From IMG/VR virus record IMGVR_UViG_3300031992_000012, positions 128,001-192,000 of that record: 64,000 nucleotides of DNA, one strand, 5' to 3'. The notes under the pieces were generated by a model. The model ran no database searches and had not been told where the DNA came from. It was given only the letters and a program-made list of their open reading frames with translations. Origin of the DNA: a virus (taxonomy: Duplodnaviria > Caudoviricetes). This document shows, piece after piece, positions 9,870-20,653 of this stretch. Within the stretch, counting starts at the first letter, position 1. Every line of letters starts with the position of its first letter. The position numbers and the translations under genes were made by a program.

Positions 9870-11221
9870 AACTATCTGACTTCTACATAAAGGGCAGGAA
9901 CGCGGACCTGGTGCCAGGAATACTCGGTCTGTTCTGGACAAGGGTGTTCCCGCAGGACAACGGCCTTGTCCAGGCCGTCGATGAGACGGCCGGGCATACT
10001 CTAGACTACGGTGAGACATATATGCGCCGTATGATCGACTGGCTTACCGGGGGCACCGACGACGTCGACTTCGTCGAGCGCATGGAGGTTGTCCCTGTCG
10101 AAAGCGTCTACCAGGACCTCGTCAAAATCGGGGACGGGCAGCGCATAGGTGACGGCGTCTATATAGGCGCCCCGGGGGGCTCGCTCAGATGGATTCTTCC
10201 GCTTTCTAACGAGTACGCCGACATACCTGTCATAATCCCGGTAGGCGGCAAGCCTCTTCTGAAGAACGCCGACTACGTAGTTGACGGCCGCAAGGTGGTT
10301 TTGCGCGAGAATCCGCTGGAGATGGGGATTTCCCCGTCGCTGGAGGACATCGACGGGGTTCCTACGGCGGCATACGGCCTTCTTCTGGCCGGTTGCGTGC
10401 CGTCAAACGGGGGAGGCGACAACTTCAGCTTCTACAGGCTTCCGGACGGCGCAAGGAAGGTCATGCTGGACATAGTGACGCACGAGGCCTCCCTGGACCG
10501 CATCCTGCAACTGGTGCAACGCTGCGCCGGCTGCATACCGCCTAGCGTTTTCGAGAAGACAGACGAGGAGGGCCCGTACACAGTCATAACCAGCGTATGG
10601 CAGGAGGAAGGACGTTCCTATGGTCTCACTACCGGCGGGGAGATTGTAAAGATTCCAGAGGGCCTTCTGTTCGCGCAAGGCATGGCCTATGACGAACGGC
10701 TCAAGGTGCGCCCCTGGGAGAACATAGCAAGGGGCATAGACGTAAAGGAAAAGGCGTCCGACAGCGGGATAATCGGCCTGCGCGCCCTGGACGCGCTGGC
10801 GCCAAACAGGGCCGACACGTTTTCCGCCGGAGAGGCCGGTGTAATTGGCGGCGCCAGGTGGGAGGTTTATTTCGAGGGCATTCTTGACGACTACGGAAAA
10901 ACGCCCGAGGAGCTCCTGCCGGCCGCCACGGAGAACGTTCTTGTGCGGCTATACGACCGGCTAGGAAGAAAACAGCCGTCCGTGGTGTATCTTGATAATC
11001 CGGCCGCCTCAAGGGTGGCTGAATTTTCCGACGCGTTGGAAATTCTCAGGGACTGCCTGCCCGCCGGTTCGCTCCTTGTGACGGCCGTGAACGACAACAT
11101 TGAGGACAACGCGTCAATATCTACTGAAGACAATATCGAGACGTTTCCGGCGGTTGTTCTGTCGGACGTTGTCGAGGCGACAATTTCCGACAGAAACTAC
11201 ATACGTGGAACACTGCTATGA
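9866..11221 (+). CDS. baseplate wedge-associated protein
   Basis: 451 aa ORF after J, with C-terminal ILRDCLPAGS resembling wedge I-like proteins. Confidence 0.5.
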   Translation: MKLSDFYIKGRNADLVPGILGLFWTRVFPQDNGLVQAVDETAGHTLDYGETYMRRMIDWLTGGTDDVDFVERMEVVPVESVYQDLVKIGDGQRIGDGVYIGAPGGSLRWILPLSNEYADIPVIIPVGGKPLLKNADYVVDGRKVVLRENPLEMGISPSLEDIDGVPTAAYGLLLAGCVPSNGGGDNFSFYRLPDGARKVMLDIVTHEASLDRILQLVQRCAGCIPPSVFEKTDEEGPYTVITSVWQEEGRSYGLTTGGEIVKIPEGLLFAQGMAYDERLKVRPWENIARGIDVKEKASDSGIIGLRALDALAPNRADTFSAGEAGVIGGARWEVYFEGILDDYGKTPEELLPAATENVLVRLYDRLGRKQPSVVYLDNPAASRVAEFSDALEILRDCLPAGSLLVTAVNDNIEDNASISTEDNIETFPAVVLSDVVEATISDRNYIRGTLL

Positions 11222-11742
11222 ACACGACAGCCAATCTTAGAATAAAGGGCAGCGTCGAGCTCTTCCTGCGTCAAAACGGAAAGGATTTCCTGCTGCCAGG
11301 AAACCACAACGCTTTCCAGGAAACAGGAAAGACGGCAATCGTCAACGCGCTCGGGAAAGGGCTCAAGCTTACGCATATCTACTTCATATACGCAAACAAC
11401 GACGCTCAGACAATAGGGGCCGACAGTGGTGACCTTACTGCCGCTTCCATTCAGGCGCTGGCGGACGTCAATACAGGCATTTTGAAAGTTCCCGTGTTCT
11501 GCATGGGGACGGAGGCGTCGGACGATGTCGTGGACACCGCTGTTCTCGCCGGTATCACGGACCCCTCCGGCTATATCGGCGGAGTAGTCTTTGCGGACGG
11601 AAGGTGGGTCTACGGCCTGGGACTGGTCCAGGAAACCGACAATGGCGATGTTTTGTATGCCGCTGCGGACATAACTCCTATAAGGGTGGCTGCCAATGCC
11701 CAGGTCGGGGCCAAGTGGAAGACAACGATTATAACTGACTAA
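11218..11742 (+). CDS. tail collar/fibre attachment-like protein
   Basis: 174 aa, GLGLV...VLYA pattern, position after the wedge genes. Confidence 0.45.
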   Translation: MNTTANLRIKGSVELFLRQNGKDFLLPGNHNAFQETGKTAIVNALGKGLKLTHIYFIYANNDAQTIGADSGDLTAASIQALADVNTGILKVPVFCMGTEASDDVVDTAVLAGITDPSGYIGGVVFADGRWVYGLGLVQETDNGDVLYAAADITPIRVAANAQVGAKWKTTIITD

Positions 11743-11753
11743 GGAGGACGGGC

Positions 11754-13277
11754 ATGACTTTGGACCTTTACAAAGATTCCGAGGATCTGTCAGCCGAAGT
11801 GCTGAATCGTCCTATTGTTCAATTGGAGGCGCTGGTGGCGTCCCTGCAGCAGCAGGTTACGGCGTTCGTATCCGGTTCCAGGACCGTTACGACCTCCCCC
11901 TATGACACGACGAGCGACAGTCCTGTCATTCCCGGTTGCATAGCCTACATCGGCAACGACGGCCTGGCTAGAAAAGCCGCCGCCCTGTGGAACGCCAGCC
12001 CTACAGCGCAGGGTGTCATAATGCCGGCGGATTCGGCGTACAGCGCGGGTCTCGTGCTGGCCGTCAACACGGGAGCAGGAACCTGCGACATAATGACCAG
12101 AGGCTCAATCCCCTACAACTTCACGCCGAGTCTGGCGACAAACCTGTTCAAGGACGGTACTGCCCCGTACACAGGGGCGTGGAACCTGTCCCAGACCGAC
12201 TCGGGAAAGGTGGAACGCGACAGCAGCGGACTGTACCTGAAGATTCCCGTTGTCCGGGTCGACGCCCTGGGCAACGTGTACTACACAGGAGCGCAGCCGG
12301 CCGCCGGATATCATATCCACAAAGTGTTCACCATTCCTGCGGACGCCACATGGACGCCGGACACTCTCGGCGAAAGCTGGAGCTACGAGGGTGAGGCTGT
12401 AGCCGAACTGGATTACTTCAACTGGCAGGACTTCACGGCGTCCTTGGACGGCGTGGAGGACTACGCTGGAGTCATATCGCTGTCCGAAGGGGACAACGGT
12501 GTTGTCGTGACCTCCGCCGAGGACCCGACTGGAAAGGTCGTCCGTATATGGACGGCCCTGCCCGATTCGCACGAGCAGCCTGTTGTCAGGGGCATACGCA
12601 CGGTAGGCACAAGCCGTCTGTCGGTGTCCTCCAACAATGGACTCGTGACAATAGGCATAGATGGCTGGTCTGGCGAAGAACCAACCCCGATGTACCGTGA
12701 CAGGGCCGTCGGCGCACTGACGGACAACGGCGGCTACACGATGACCCACAACGTAAGCGGGCTGGCCGGCGACGAAACCGTCCAGCTAGTGAAAGGCTCG
12801 AACGGCGTGTGGTCCATCTCCTGCGTGAACCTCAAGTACGTCGAACCGGCGATAACCTCACTGGACAACGCCACGACAACTGTCAGCGGCGGAGTCCTGT
12901 ACTATATTTTCCCCGGCTCCCGCGCTTCGGGAGTGACAGGTCTTGTAAGAATACCCGCCCCGCCGGAGGGGTTCCATTGGACCCTGCACCCCTTCGTGCA
13001 GGCCGCGTCCGGAACGGTAGCCGTGGCGGCCTCGTTCAAGTGGGCGGCCAGACCGGAGGACAACGAGGCTGATGAAGCCGCCGAAAGCCTTACTCCGTCG
13101 ACGATAAGCCTGACGGCGGCCGCCGGAACAGGACGCTACCTCGCAGTGGCGGAAACCGGATGGGACGTCGACGCGGGAGGCGATGGATGGATACGGCTCT
13201 CGGCCGACGGTTCGTCCGCCGAGGACATGAATATGATTAGTTTCGGGGTCAAGCTCGAATCCGTGGAGAACGAATGA
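11754..13277 (+). CDS. putative tail fibre/virion protein
   Basis: N-terminal VLNRPIVQL, G/T/S/A-rich beta-like composition, AGGAGG RBS. Confidence 0.5.
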   Translation: MTLDLYKDSEDLSAEVLNRPIVQLEALVASLQQQVTAFVSGSRTVTTSPYDTTSDSPVIPGCIAYIGNDGLARKAAALWNASPTAQGVIMPADSAYSAGLVLAVNTGAGTCDIMTRGSIPYNFTPSLATNLFKDGTAPYTGAWNLSQTDSGKVERDSSGLYLKIPVVRVDALGNVYYTGAQPAAGYHIHKVFTIPADATWTPDTLGESWSYEGEAVAELDYFNWQDFTASLDGVEDYAGVISLSEGDNGVVVTSAEDPTGKVVRIWTALPDSHEQPVVRGIRTVGTSRLSVSSNNGLVTIGIDGWSGEEPTPMYRDRAVGALTDNGGYTMTHNVSGLAGDETVQLVKGSNGVWSISCVNLKYVEPAITSLDNATTTVSGGVLYYIFPGSRASGVTGLVRIPAPPEGFHWTLHPFVQAASGTVAVAASFKWAARPEDNEADEAAESLTPSTISLTAAAGTGRYLAVAETGWDVDAGGDGWIRLSADGSSAEDMNMISFGVKLESVENE

Positions 13278-14293
13278 TAACCGAGAACGTCCTTAAGGAA
13301 TGGTATTCGGAGAACGCCTCAAGGCGCTTCCCCCTGGCCACGCCCGTGCCTGTTTCAGGCACTCGCCCCAGCGGTCTGGACGACAATGGAAAGGCCCTTC
13401 CAAACGCCTTGCTTGTCGGCATGCAGCTAACCGTTCCACGGACGATGCTTGCGACGCGCGACCTGGGCTCCGGGCTTCCTTACGACTCGCTGGCCAATAC
13501 ATACTGCATATATCTCAGCCGTGTCGTAATATCGCTGACACGGGTCGAACTGCTGTTCACCACGGTGTCCGGCGAGGACATAGCCACGGCCGTCTGGACT
13601 CCGGAAACGGAGATAGCCGGCCTGCCTGTGCATGGCGTGCCTATAACGCCCCTCCGTACCGACGACCCGAACATAGGCATAAACAACGTGTTCGGGTACG
13701 TTTTCCTCGGCCCGGACTCCATGTGGTCCGCCCACACCGGAATCTACACGTATTCTGACGCCAACATCTACAACAGCATGGTGTCGGAGTCTGTCATAGC
13801 CGTGGACGACGCCAACAGGGTAACAGGTCTTATCGTCAACGGCGAGAAGATGATTGGCGACATAACCTTCGTGGCGGGCGAGAATGTGAAATTCAGCGTG
13901 GACACCGACAGCAACGAGTTCAAAGTTGACTTCGCGGGCGACCTGGACGACACGGGCATACAGAACCGCGAGGAGCTTATAGAGGCCATAAAGGAGACTT
14001 ACGGCGACCCCGTCATGTCGATTGACGGCGTTTTCGCCGACGGGGACGGCGAGTATACCATAGAGCCTGCCGACGAGTGCATACACATATCCGCCGTTCA
14101 GCACGGCATAACGATAACGGCCGGATGCGGCGACAGTTGCTGCGACCGCTCCGTTATCAGCGGACTCTCCGGAAACGTCCAGGAACTTAATGTCAAAGTA
14201 GCCAGAATAGGAAGCTTCCAGCGGTCCGTGGCCGCCGCTGTCAACGCGCTTCAGAACGAACTGGCCTATCTGAAGATGGTGGCCAACCAATAA
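13274..14293 (+). CDS. virion protein
   Basis: 339 aa coupled ORF with a Cys cluster and C-terminal coiled coil. Confidence 0.5.
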   Translation: MITENVLKEWYSENASRRFPLATPVPVSGTRPSGLDDNGKALPNALLVGMQLTVPRTMLATRDLGSGLPYDSLANTYCIYLSRVVISLTRVELLFTTVSGEDIATAVWTPETEIAGLPVHGVPITPLRTDDPNIGINNVFGYVFLGPDSMWSAHTGIYTYSDANIYNSMVSESVIAVDDANRVTGLIVNGEKMIGDITFVAGENVKFSVDTDSNEFKVDFAGDLDDTGIQNREELIEAIKETYGDPVMSIDGVFADGDGEYTIEPADECIHISAVQHGITITAGCGDSCCDRSVISGLSGNVQELNVKVARIGSFQRSVAAAVNALQNELAYLKMVANQ

Positions 14294-16029
14294 TGCCTAC
14301 TTTCACTGTTAGAAATTCAGACGGCCAATTCACCTGGCATCCTATCGGGGACGTCAGGCTGAACGACAACTCGCTCGTGGAGTACGAGGTTGATCCCGTC
14401 AACAAGGCCGTCACGGTAAAATGCGCCGTGGAGGACGGGTACAAGAGCAAACTGTACCAGACGGAGTACGATTGCGTCGTAGCCCACAGCACGACAGAGG
14501 TAACTCCAATCGACTCTGCCGTGTCCGTGGATTTCACGCATTACGACACCGTTGTCGTCAGCAGCGCCGGCGGAACGTCGAACGTAAAGCTTCCCGTCGA
14601 CAGCCCGGGAAACCCGGACGGGTACTGGGTTGCCCAGATAAACAAGGTGAAACCGCTCAAGGGATGCCTTGACATAATAGGCGGCGACAGACTACGCTGG
14701 GAGGCAACCGGAAACGGCCTGTCCATCACCGACGTGTCACGCCCCTCCTTGGACTGTGTCGACTATGTTCGCGTGGCCGGGTACATAGCCTGCATAGAGG
14801 ACAGTCTAAACGAGCTGGCTGCACAGTTGGCCGCTGAACCCGGAACAGTGGTGGACGAGCAGGAGATGTATGGCCTGTTCATGCAGTACCAGTCCATGAG
14901 AAATCTCTGGAATTATCTGGTAATAAGAAACATGATTGCCTTTACCTCGGTATACCAGGGCGACACGGCGTATGTCCAGAGCAGGCTTACCAACAACACC
15001 GGTTCGGATTTGCATGTCGGCGACATAAAAATCGACTTCCCGACGGAAGGCATACCCGCCACCGGAGGTGAACGGGATTTGGACGCGACCTATGTCAGGT
15101 ACACGTTTACGCAGAAGAATTCGTCCGGCCCGCAGCCAGCCTTCACCATGATTAACGGCGAGCGCCAGCCAATGGCCGGGGCGAGCTTCAAGCTGGAGGG
15201 TCCGGAGGGAGGTGTGACAATACCTCCTGGAGACTCCTGCGAGCTGACTGTCCAGTTCAAGGTCAGCGCCACCATTTCAGCCAACGACCCGATTGCTGTC
15301 GACGTGCAGCATCGTGACACGCCTTGGGCCGGGCAGTGGCCTACGTTCTCGAACGGAAAGATTGTCAAGCCGGGTCGGCTGAGCTACTACAATACGCACT
15401 TCAACCCTACGACCTACGGCTCCGTTACCCCCGCCAGCGTGCCTCCTGTCGGAGACGGCTGCGCCCTTCGTATGGCCCCGGGCACGGCTACTGTCGCCTG
15501 GAACGCCCAGGGACTGGCGAGATGCGTGCTCAGGCCTGAAGTCTACATAGGACTCACTTGCACGGCGGACGCCACAACGTCGGATTTCACATCCAATTTC
15601 AGCGGCGTAGTCGACTGCAACGATACAAGCGAGGGAACGTACTCCCTTTCATTCACGGCCACCACATGCTCGCTCATGCTTACACCGGCCAGTGGAGGTG
15701 CGGCTTTCGAGGTTCTTGTCATAACGATGACAAACCGCCATTTCCATGAGGGCGACGGCATAGCTGTCGCCCTTCCCAAGACCTGGTCCACTGCTTTCGC
15801 CGAGGCTGTACAGACAGGGCTGAACATCCCGGTTGAATGCACATGGGAGCTTCCCGCCAGCGAGGTGCTGCCTTCCAACTCCGAGGCCGGCAGTACGAAG
15901 ATGCTGTTCATACCGCCGGAAGCGGTGGACAACAACAGCATGATAAAGCGAATCAAGCTTGACAGCCAGATGTACAAAGTCGACTCCGTTCGTGGCATCG
16001 ACGTGTACGGCCAGACAGTAGAGGTGTAG
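14293..16029 (+). CDS. virion protein
   Basis: 578 aa coupled ORF in the structural operon. Confidence 0.5.
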   Translation: MPTFTVRNSDGQFTWHPIGDVRLNDNSLVEYEVDPVNKAVTVKCAVEDGYKSKLYQTEYDCVVAHSTTEVTPIDSAVSVDFTHYDTVVVSSAGGTSNVKLPVDSPGNPDGYWVAQINKVKPLKGCLDIIGGDRLRWEATGNGLSITDVSRPSLDCVDYVRVAGYIACIEDSLNELAAQLAAEPGTVVDEQEMYGLFMQYQSMRNLWNYLVIRNMIAFTSVYQGDTAYVQSRLTNNTGSDLHVGDIKIDFPTEGIPATGGERDLDATYVRYTFTQKNSSGPQPAFTMINGERQPMAGASFKLEGPEGGVTIPPGDSCELTVQFKVSATISANDPIAVDVQHRDTPWAGQWPTFSNGKIVKPGRLSYYNTHFNPTTYGSVTPASVPPVGDGCALRMAPGTATVAWNAQGLARCVLRPEVYIGLTCTADATTSDFTSNFSGVVDCNDTSEGTYSLSFTATTCSLMLTPASGGAAFEVLVITMTNRHFHEGDGIAVALPKTWSTAFAEAVQTGLNIPVECTWELPASEVLPSNSEAGSTKMLFIPPEAVDNNSMIKRIKLDSQMYKVDSVRGIDVYGQTVEV

Positions 16030-16031
16030 CG

Positions 16032-17057
16032 ATGACGTTCATATTGGACAGACTTGATTCTCCAACCTGGCCTTTCGACACGCCGATGGACGGTTTTCCG
16101 ACTACGCTGTTCTGCGACGCCAACATAGTGTCCGCCGACAGGTGCGTGGTCACGTCCGTTCTTGTCGGTAACGGAGTAGTGTACGTCCAGGCGACATCAT
16201 ACCTGAACAACAATCCGGTAACACTTCACTCGAACGCGACAGGACTGGAGAGGGGAGGAAAGGTCTACCTGTACGACGATGACGACAACTGTTTCGGTTG
16301 GCTTCTTATGGGATGGCCCCTGCCCGAGGCTTATACGGCCGACGGGATAAGCAGGGAGCTGTGCCGTTCCACATGCACCCCGTTCGGAGAGGTTCAATCG
16401 GTTAACCCTTCCGGAATGACAGGCGATTGGATGGTGGAAGGGCTCGACGGAATAGAGGTGACCCATGAGAACTCGGGCGGGACAATGGTGATAAAATTCG
16501 ACACGGACGAATCGTACTTCAATGTCCCTTCAGGCGACGAAGTTGATTACGGAAACGGAATAGGCATATACGCCATAAACAACCAGCCAGGCCCGACCGT
16601 AGCCTTCGACATGGACGGGAACGGTGACATGTTCGCTGTCACCGCGACCGAGGACGGAGAGGAAGTACTCAAGGAAATAGTACTCATCCCTGACATGTTT
16701 CTGGAGTATCCTTATTCCCCGCCGGGCACCGACCCCACGGAGGTCGTGGACAGGGAGGTGCGGACAATACAGTTCAGCGGACCCACGCTTATCGGGGGCG
16801 ACATAAACCACATACGCTGGAGCGGCTGGTATCTTCAGTACGAAGGCGCGTTCCTAGTAAGCACGCCCGAGTTCGGAGGGTATGTCGATCTGAATGCTTA
16901 CCCGACTGGAATCTACGGCCCGTCGCTTTACATAAAATGGCCCGCGTGCGTGCGAAGGGATTATGTAAGAAGCATAATAAAGACGTCTACCGAGGACGGG
17001 AGCTCCATTCCGTATCCTCTGGACAAGGTTCTGAACGACGATGGCTCAGGTAATTAA
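16032..17057 (+). CDS. virion protein (acidic)
   Basis: 341 aa ORF in the operon. Confidence 0.5.
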   Translation: MTFILDRLDSPTWPFDTPMDGFPTTLFCDANIVSADRCVVTSVLVGNGVVYVQATSYLNNNPVTLHSNATGLERGGKVYLYDDDDNCFGWLLMGWPLPEAYTADGISRELCRSTCTPFGEVQSVNPSGMTGDWMVEGLDGIEVTHENSGGTMVIKFDTDESYFNVPSGDEVDYGNGIGIYAINNQPGPTVAFDMDGNGDMFAVTATEDGEEVLKEIVLIPDMFLEYPYSPPGTDPTEVVDREVRTIQFSGPTLIGGDINHIRWSGWYLQYEGAFLVSTPEFGGYVDLNAYPTGIYGPSLYIKWPACVRRDYVRSIIKTSTEDGSSIPYPLDKVLNDDGSGN

Positions 17058-17727
17058 CAAAAATTTCAAGGACTGGTCGGCCGGTAGGAAGTACCCGTTC
17101 GACGAGGAATGCGACCTCACCTGCACCGACGGCCGCCGTCTTCCCCTGTCCTATTTTGTAGACGCCGTCATCTATCCGGCGCTCGACGGGACGTTCGACA
17201 TTACCCGCATAGACGCGGAAGGAATGGTCATATCGTCAACCAACTGGGAGGGCGAAGCGCTTTTCTCGAGCTACCAGAACGGCTGGATGCCTGTTATAAG
17301 AAGGGGAAGCATAGTGGGGAGCATAGTCCTTAACGACAACGACTACGCCTATGTCCTGGGGCTCGCGTCCGTTCACCCGATGACGTTCCGCACCGGTCAC
17401 CTTCGCTTCACCCCCGGTGTTGTGCGCTCCTTCTGTAAAAGGACGGAGAATCTCGAGGAGAAGCCTACATTCTTCGGCGAGGAAGTCGAGACGCTTGACG
17501 CCTCGCTTGACTCGGAGCGTTTCACCGTTCTCCAGGACTACACTGTGGACCTCGACCTGACCGTGACGGCCTACACGGTTCATCAGCCGATAACGCATAT
17601 ATCGGTAAAGGGAGCAACATACGCCCTCGGCAAGAACGGCCATTTCATGATACGCACGCCAATATGGTGCGACGACCCGTTCATTTCCACAGGTGACGGC
17701 ATTATACTGCACAGGAGGGGCGCATGA
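17041..17727 (+). CDS. virion protein
   Basis: 228 aa; its N-terminus resembles that of 13274..14293. Confidence 0.5.
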   Translation: MAQVINKNFKDWSAGRKYPFDEECDLTCTDGRRLPLSYFVDAVIYPALDGTFDITRIDAEGMVISSTNWEGEALFSSYQNGWMPVIRRGSIVGSIVLNDNDYAYVLGLASVHPMTFRTGHLRFTPGVVRSFCKRTENLEEKPTFFGEEVETLDASLDSERFTVLQDYTVDLDLTVTAYTVHQPITHISVKGATYALGKNGHFMIRTPIWCDDPFISTGDGIILHRRGA

Positions 17728-18347
17728 CGTTTCAGCCAATGGACGTGCCGGTCTATGACATAGACTGGCCAATGCTTGAAGGCAAAGTCGTCGGACTGCA
17801 CGACATAAAAGTCGTGGTGTACCGCCGGCCATCCGGGGCGCAGGTTCCCTGCGACGTCATCGTGACATCCGCATCCGCCGGCTCGCTTACCATAGCTTTG
17901 GCGGCAAGAGGCACGGGCACGCCGTACCAGGGCACGTACATGACAATGACCGGGCTGACAGGCACGGGCATATCAAGCGGATTCGACAACGGATTCATGA
18001 GGGTCGACGTCACGACAGACGGACGCACGCTGTCGAAGGAAAGCGGAAACCTCAGAATAATGCCTACGTGCGTGTTCTGGCTATGCCCCGCACGCGAGGT
18101 GTTCGACCCGTCCAAGCTCCCTGTCCCCCACGAGGGGTGGACAAGGGAGGACGACTACGTCAACCGTAAAATCACCTACCGTGCCGACGAGACTACCACC
18201 ACTCCGCCTACACCGAATAAATTAATGATGATAAACGGGCTCTCCCCTACAAATCTGACTATAATGTCCAACGGCGTTGCGGACATAGTCAGCGGCGGAG
18301 GCACTATAACTATTTCACCCTACACCAGAGACGATGAACAACAGTAG
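17724..18347 (+). CDS. virion protein
   Basis: 207 aa coupled ORF. Confidence 0.5.
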   Translation: MTFQPMDVPVYDIDWPMLEGKVVGLHDIKVVVYRRPSGAQVPCDVIVTSASAGSLTIALAARGTGTPYQGTYMTMTGLTGTGISSGFDNGFMRVDVTTDGRTLSKESGNLRIMPTCVFWLCPAREVFDPSKLPVPHEGWTREDDYVNRKITYRADETTTTPPTPNKLMMINGLSPTNLTIMSNGVADIVSGGGTITISPYTRDDEQQ

Positions 18348-19002
18348 TTGGGAAAGTTGTCATGTTGATATAGACCAGCCGGGATTCTATGTATCAGACA
18401 TAAGTGTCCTCGGGAGCGAGGTCACGCCCCTGATGGAGGACAGCCTGATACGCACGCTCCCGGAAGAGGTGGTCGTGTGGGACTCCAAAATCGAGTACTA
18501 CCCTGTATTCAGCGACGTTAGCTGGTCCGCGAAACCACCGGCGATATTCAACCCGGACCCGTACGATGGTGACGACCAGGACCTCTACGACCCGGAGATA
18601 AGCTTGGGCATCCCGTTCCCGACGTCCATATACAACCCGTCGGTGAACGTCGAATTCCCTGGAGGGTTCCTGCGTCCGCCGACTCCGAAAATAGAGTACC
18701 AGGTGAACCCGTACATGCCCCCGCTTAACCTCGACATACCTCCGCTCAGCCTTCCCGACATAAGCATTCCGTACCTGGCCCTTCCCGATCTTGACATAAC
18801 AAACATCATCAGAAACGTTAAAGGACTGCGCACGGTAGAAATCAGCTTTCTCGGACCGTGCCTCGCTGCATCCAACAATTTCGACAGCACGTCCACGACC
18901 GAGACCATATTGGTGTCCTGGAACGCTCCGTCAACTGGCAGATACGCCCTGTTCTCCTCCAACGGGCAGTGCTACTGGCAGCCCATAAACGTCTGTCCTT
19001 AA
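18334..19002 (+). CDS. Pro-rich hypothetical protein
   Basis: 222 aa with LDIPPLSLPDISIP repeats; last gene of the operon. Confidence 0.5.
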   Translation: MNNSSWESCHVDIDQPGFYVSDISVLGSEVTPLMEDSLIRTLPEEVVVWDSKIEYYPVFSDVSWSAKPPAIFNPDPYDGDDQDLYDPEISLGIPFPTSIYNPSVNVEFPGGFLRPPTPKIEYQVNPYMPPLNLDIPPLSLPDISIPYLALPDLDITNIIRNVKGLRTVEISFLGPCLAASNNFDSTSTTETILVSWNAPSTGRYALFSSNGQCYWQPINVCP

Positions 19003-19631
19003 AGATGTGACCGCCAGGTGTTTATATCCTCTACCAGGTGCGGGTATAAAAGCTTTCCGCGCGTGGTATAGGTCAGGATGTCAAGTTCAGGCTGCCCTGT
19101 CATGTCCTGCTCCTTCTCGAAGCAGGCGTCGACGCCGACGAATTTCGGCATCGGCGACCCAAGGTCCTTGTAGATGAACGGCGCCCCTTCCGTGCACGTC
19201 GCCTTTATCCTCATGAACGGACAGCTTTCGTCCGACTTCTTTATCGAGACGGGTCCGATTATCTCGCTCGGCGCGTTCTCAAGACTGTCCTCCATGAAAG
19301 TCATTAGGTCGACAAGCTTTGTCCTGCGCTCATCCAAGGTTCGCAGAAACTCCTTCATCCGGTATTCGTTGGAGAACATGAAGGAGGCCTTCCTGTCCCG
19401 GTACATTCCATGCGGCCTTTCTGGTGCTCCGAACTTGTACTCGACAAGCGAACATGGGTTGGCGAATGTCTCAAAGGCGGGAGGCGCCTTCCTGTTAAGC
19501 AGATTGGTCTTGGCGTGCAGAAGGAAGAAGCCGGGGTCGTCGAAACCTTCGCAGGCCGACACCCATACGTTAAGACGCCATTTATTGAGCGCCACATGTT
19601 CCTGGGTATTGTCGAGTGTTATCGAATACAT
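18999..19631 (-). CDS. hypothetical protein
   Basis: 210 aa ORF convergent with the tail operon. Confidence 0.55.
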   Translation of the reverse strand: MYSITLDNTQEHVALNKWRLNVWVSACEGFDDPGFFLLHAKTNLLNRKAPPAFETFANPCSLVEYKFGAPERPHGMYRDRKASFMFSNEYRMKEFLRTLDERRTKLVDLMTFMEDSLENAPSEIIGPVSIKKSDESCPFMRIKATCTEGAPFIYKDLGSPMPKFVGVDACFEKEQDMTGQPELDILTYTTRGKLLYPHLVEDINTWRSHL

Positions 19632-19640
19632 CTGATTGTC

Positions 19641-19928
19641 CTATAGATAGAAAGATTCCGTGCCCATTATAAAACGACAGCGTGGAACGACAGACAGGCG
19701 CATTATCCGTTTCACGCTCTCCCTGACACTCTCGCGCATTTCCGGGGAAGCGGTGTTAAGCGCCCGGAACAGATGCGGGTACTGCATCGTGGCCTCGACC
19801 TTCTGCTTGCACTTCCAGCATTTCGGAGGTCTTGCGTTCCTTGCATAGTTTGTTGCCAACGCGGCCACAGAAGGGTCGCCTAGCAGCCATCGGTAATTCG
19901 ACGGGGTCACTGTTATTTCTGGGGTCAT
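19641..19928 (-). CDS. small CxxC protein
   Basis: MTPEITV...CWKC; likely ATG at 19928. Confidence 0.45.
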   Translation of the reverse strand: MTPEITVTPSNYRWLLGDPSVAALATNYARNARPPKCWKCKQKVEATMQYPHLFRALNTASPEMRESVRESVKRIMRLSVVPRCRFIMGTESFYL

Positions 19929-20634
19929 TCGCTTTTTCCTCAAGCGTTCTGCACGCAATATATAGATTTTCCGGAAGCACGCCGCCCGTCGTGTCCAGCC
20001 AGGCGTTCACCTTTGTCCCGTGGCTTTCAAGCACATTCTTGAGACTCCTGGCGCCCAGGCATATGACATGCCTGTCGTAGAATGTCAGGTCCGGCACCGG
20101 GGATTTCTTAATCGAGCCATGGCATGACGACCATGTCACGTCCGGCAGCCTTCCTTCCGCCCGCCAGTAAGCCTCCATGACACGTACGGCCGTCTTCGGG
20201 GAGTCGCAGGCGAATACTGTATCACGGTATTCGTTATGCAGCCATGTATGGAACAGCCGCATCGAGGACCGTGGCCGCCCTGTCGAGTCGCAGTCCAGCC
20301 ATACCGGCTTGACGCCGTCGTGGTTCGGGCGGTATTCGACCAGCATCCGCTTCCCCGGAAGGGTTCCGTCGAACAATAAGATACCCTCGCGCATGGCCAC
20401 CCGGCCCTTAAGCAAATCCACGGGAAACCCGGTGTCCATGAAGGCGTTTCTCTTAAGCCATTTTTCAACGTCGTTCCTGCACCTCCCCCACCACCAGTCG
20501 CTGAACCAGGGTCCGATGCGTTTTGTCTTGGCGTTTGTCCACCCGCACCTTAGACAAAAAAGGACGCAGGGTTTAATTTTGCAGGGAACGACTGTATATT
20601 CTTTTTTGCAGAAAGGACATTTCAGGTACAGCAT
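19756..20634 (-). CDS. Zn-ribbon protein (degenerate primase-like N-terminus)
   Basis: CPFC...CLRC at the N-terminus; no clear TOPRIM motif. Confidence 0.45.
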   Translation of the reverse strand: MLYLKCPFCKKEYTVVPCKIKPCVLFCLRCGWTNAKTKRIGPWFSDWWWGRCRNDVEKWLKRNAFMDTGFPVDLLKGRVAMREGILLFDGTLPGKRMLVEYRPNHDGVKPVWLDCDSTGRPRSSMRLFHTWLHNEYRDTVFACDSPKTAVRVMEAYWRAEGRLPDVTWSSCHGSIKKSPVPDLTFYDRHVICLGARSLKNVLESHGTKVNAWLDTTGGVLPENLYIACRTLEEKANDPRNNSDPVELPMAARRPFCGRVGNKLCKERKTSEMLEVQAEGRGHDAVPASVPGA

Positions 20635-20653
20635 TCAGGATTATTCCGTAATA

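Noticed and set aside
20177-20653. N-terminal 159 aa of the 494-aa ORF
   Set aside because: It is antisense to the 19756-20634 gene; the real start is probably 20654.
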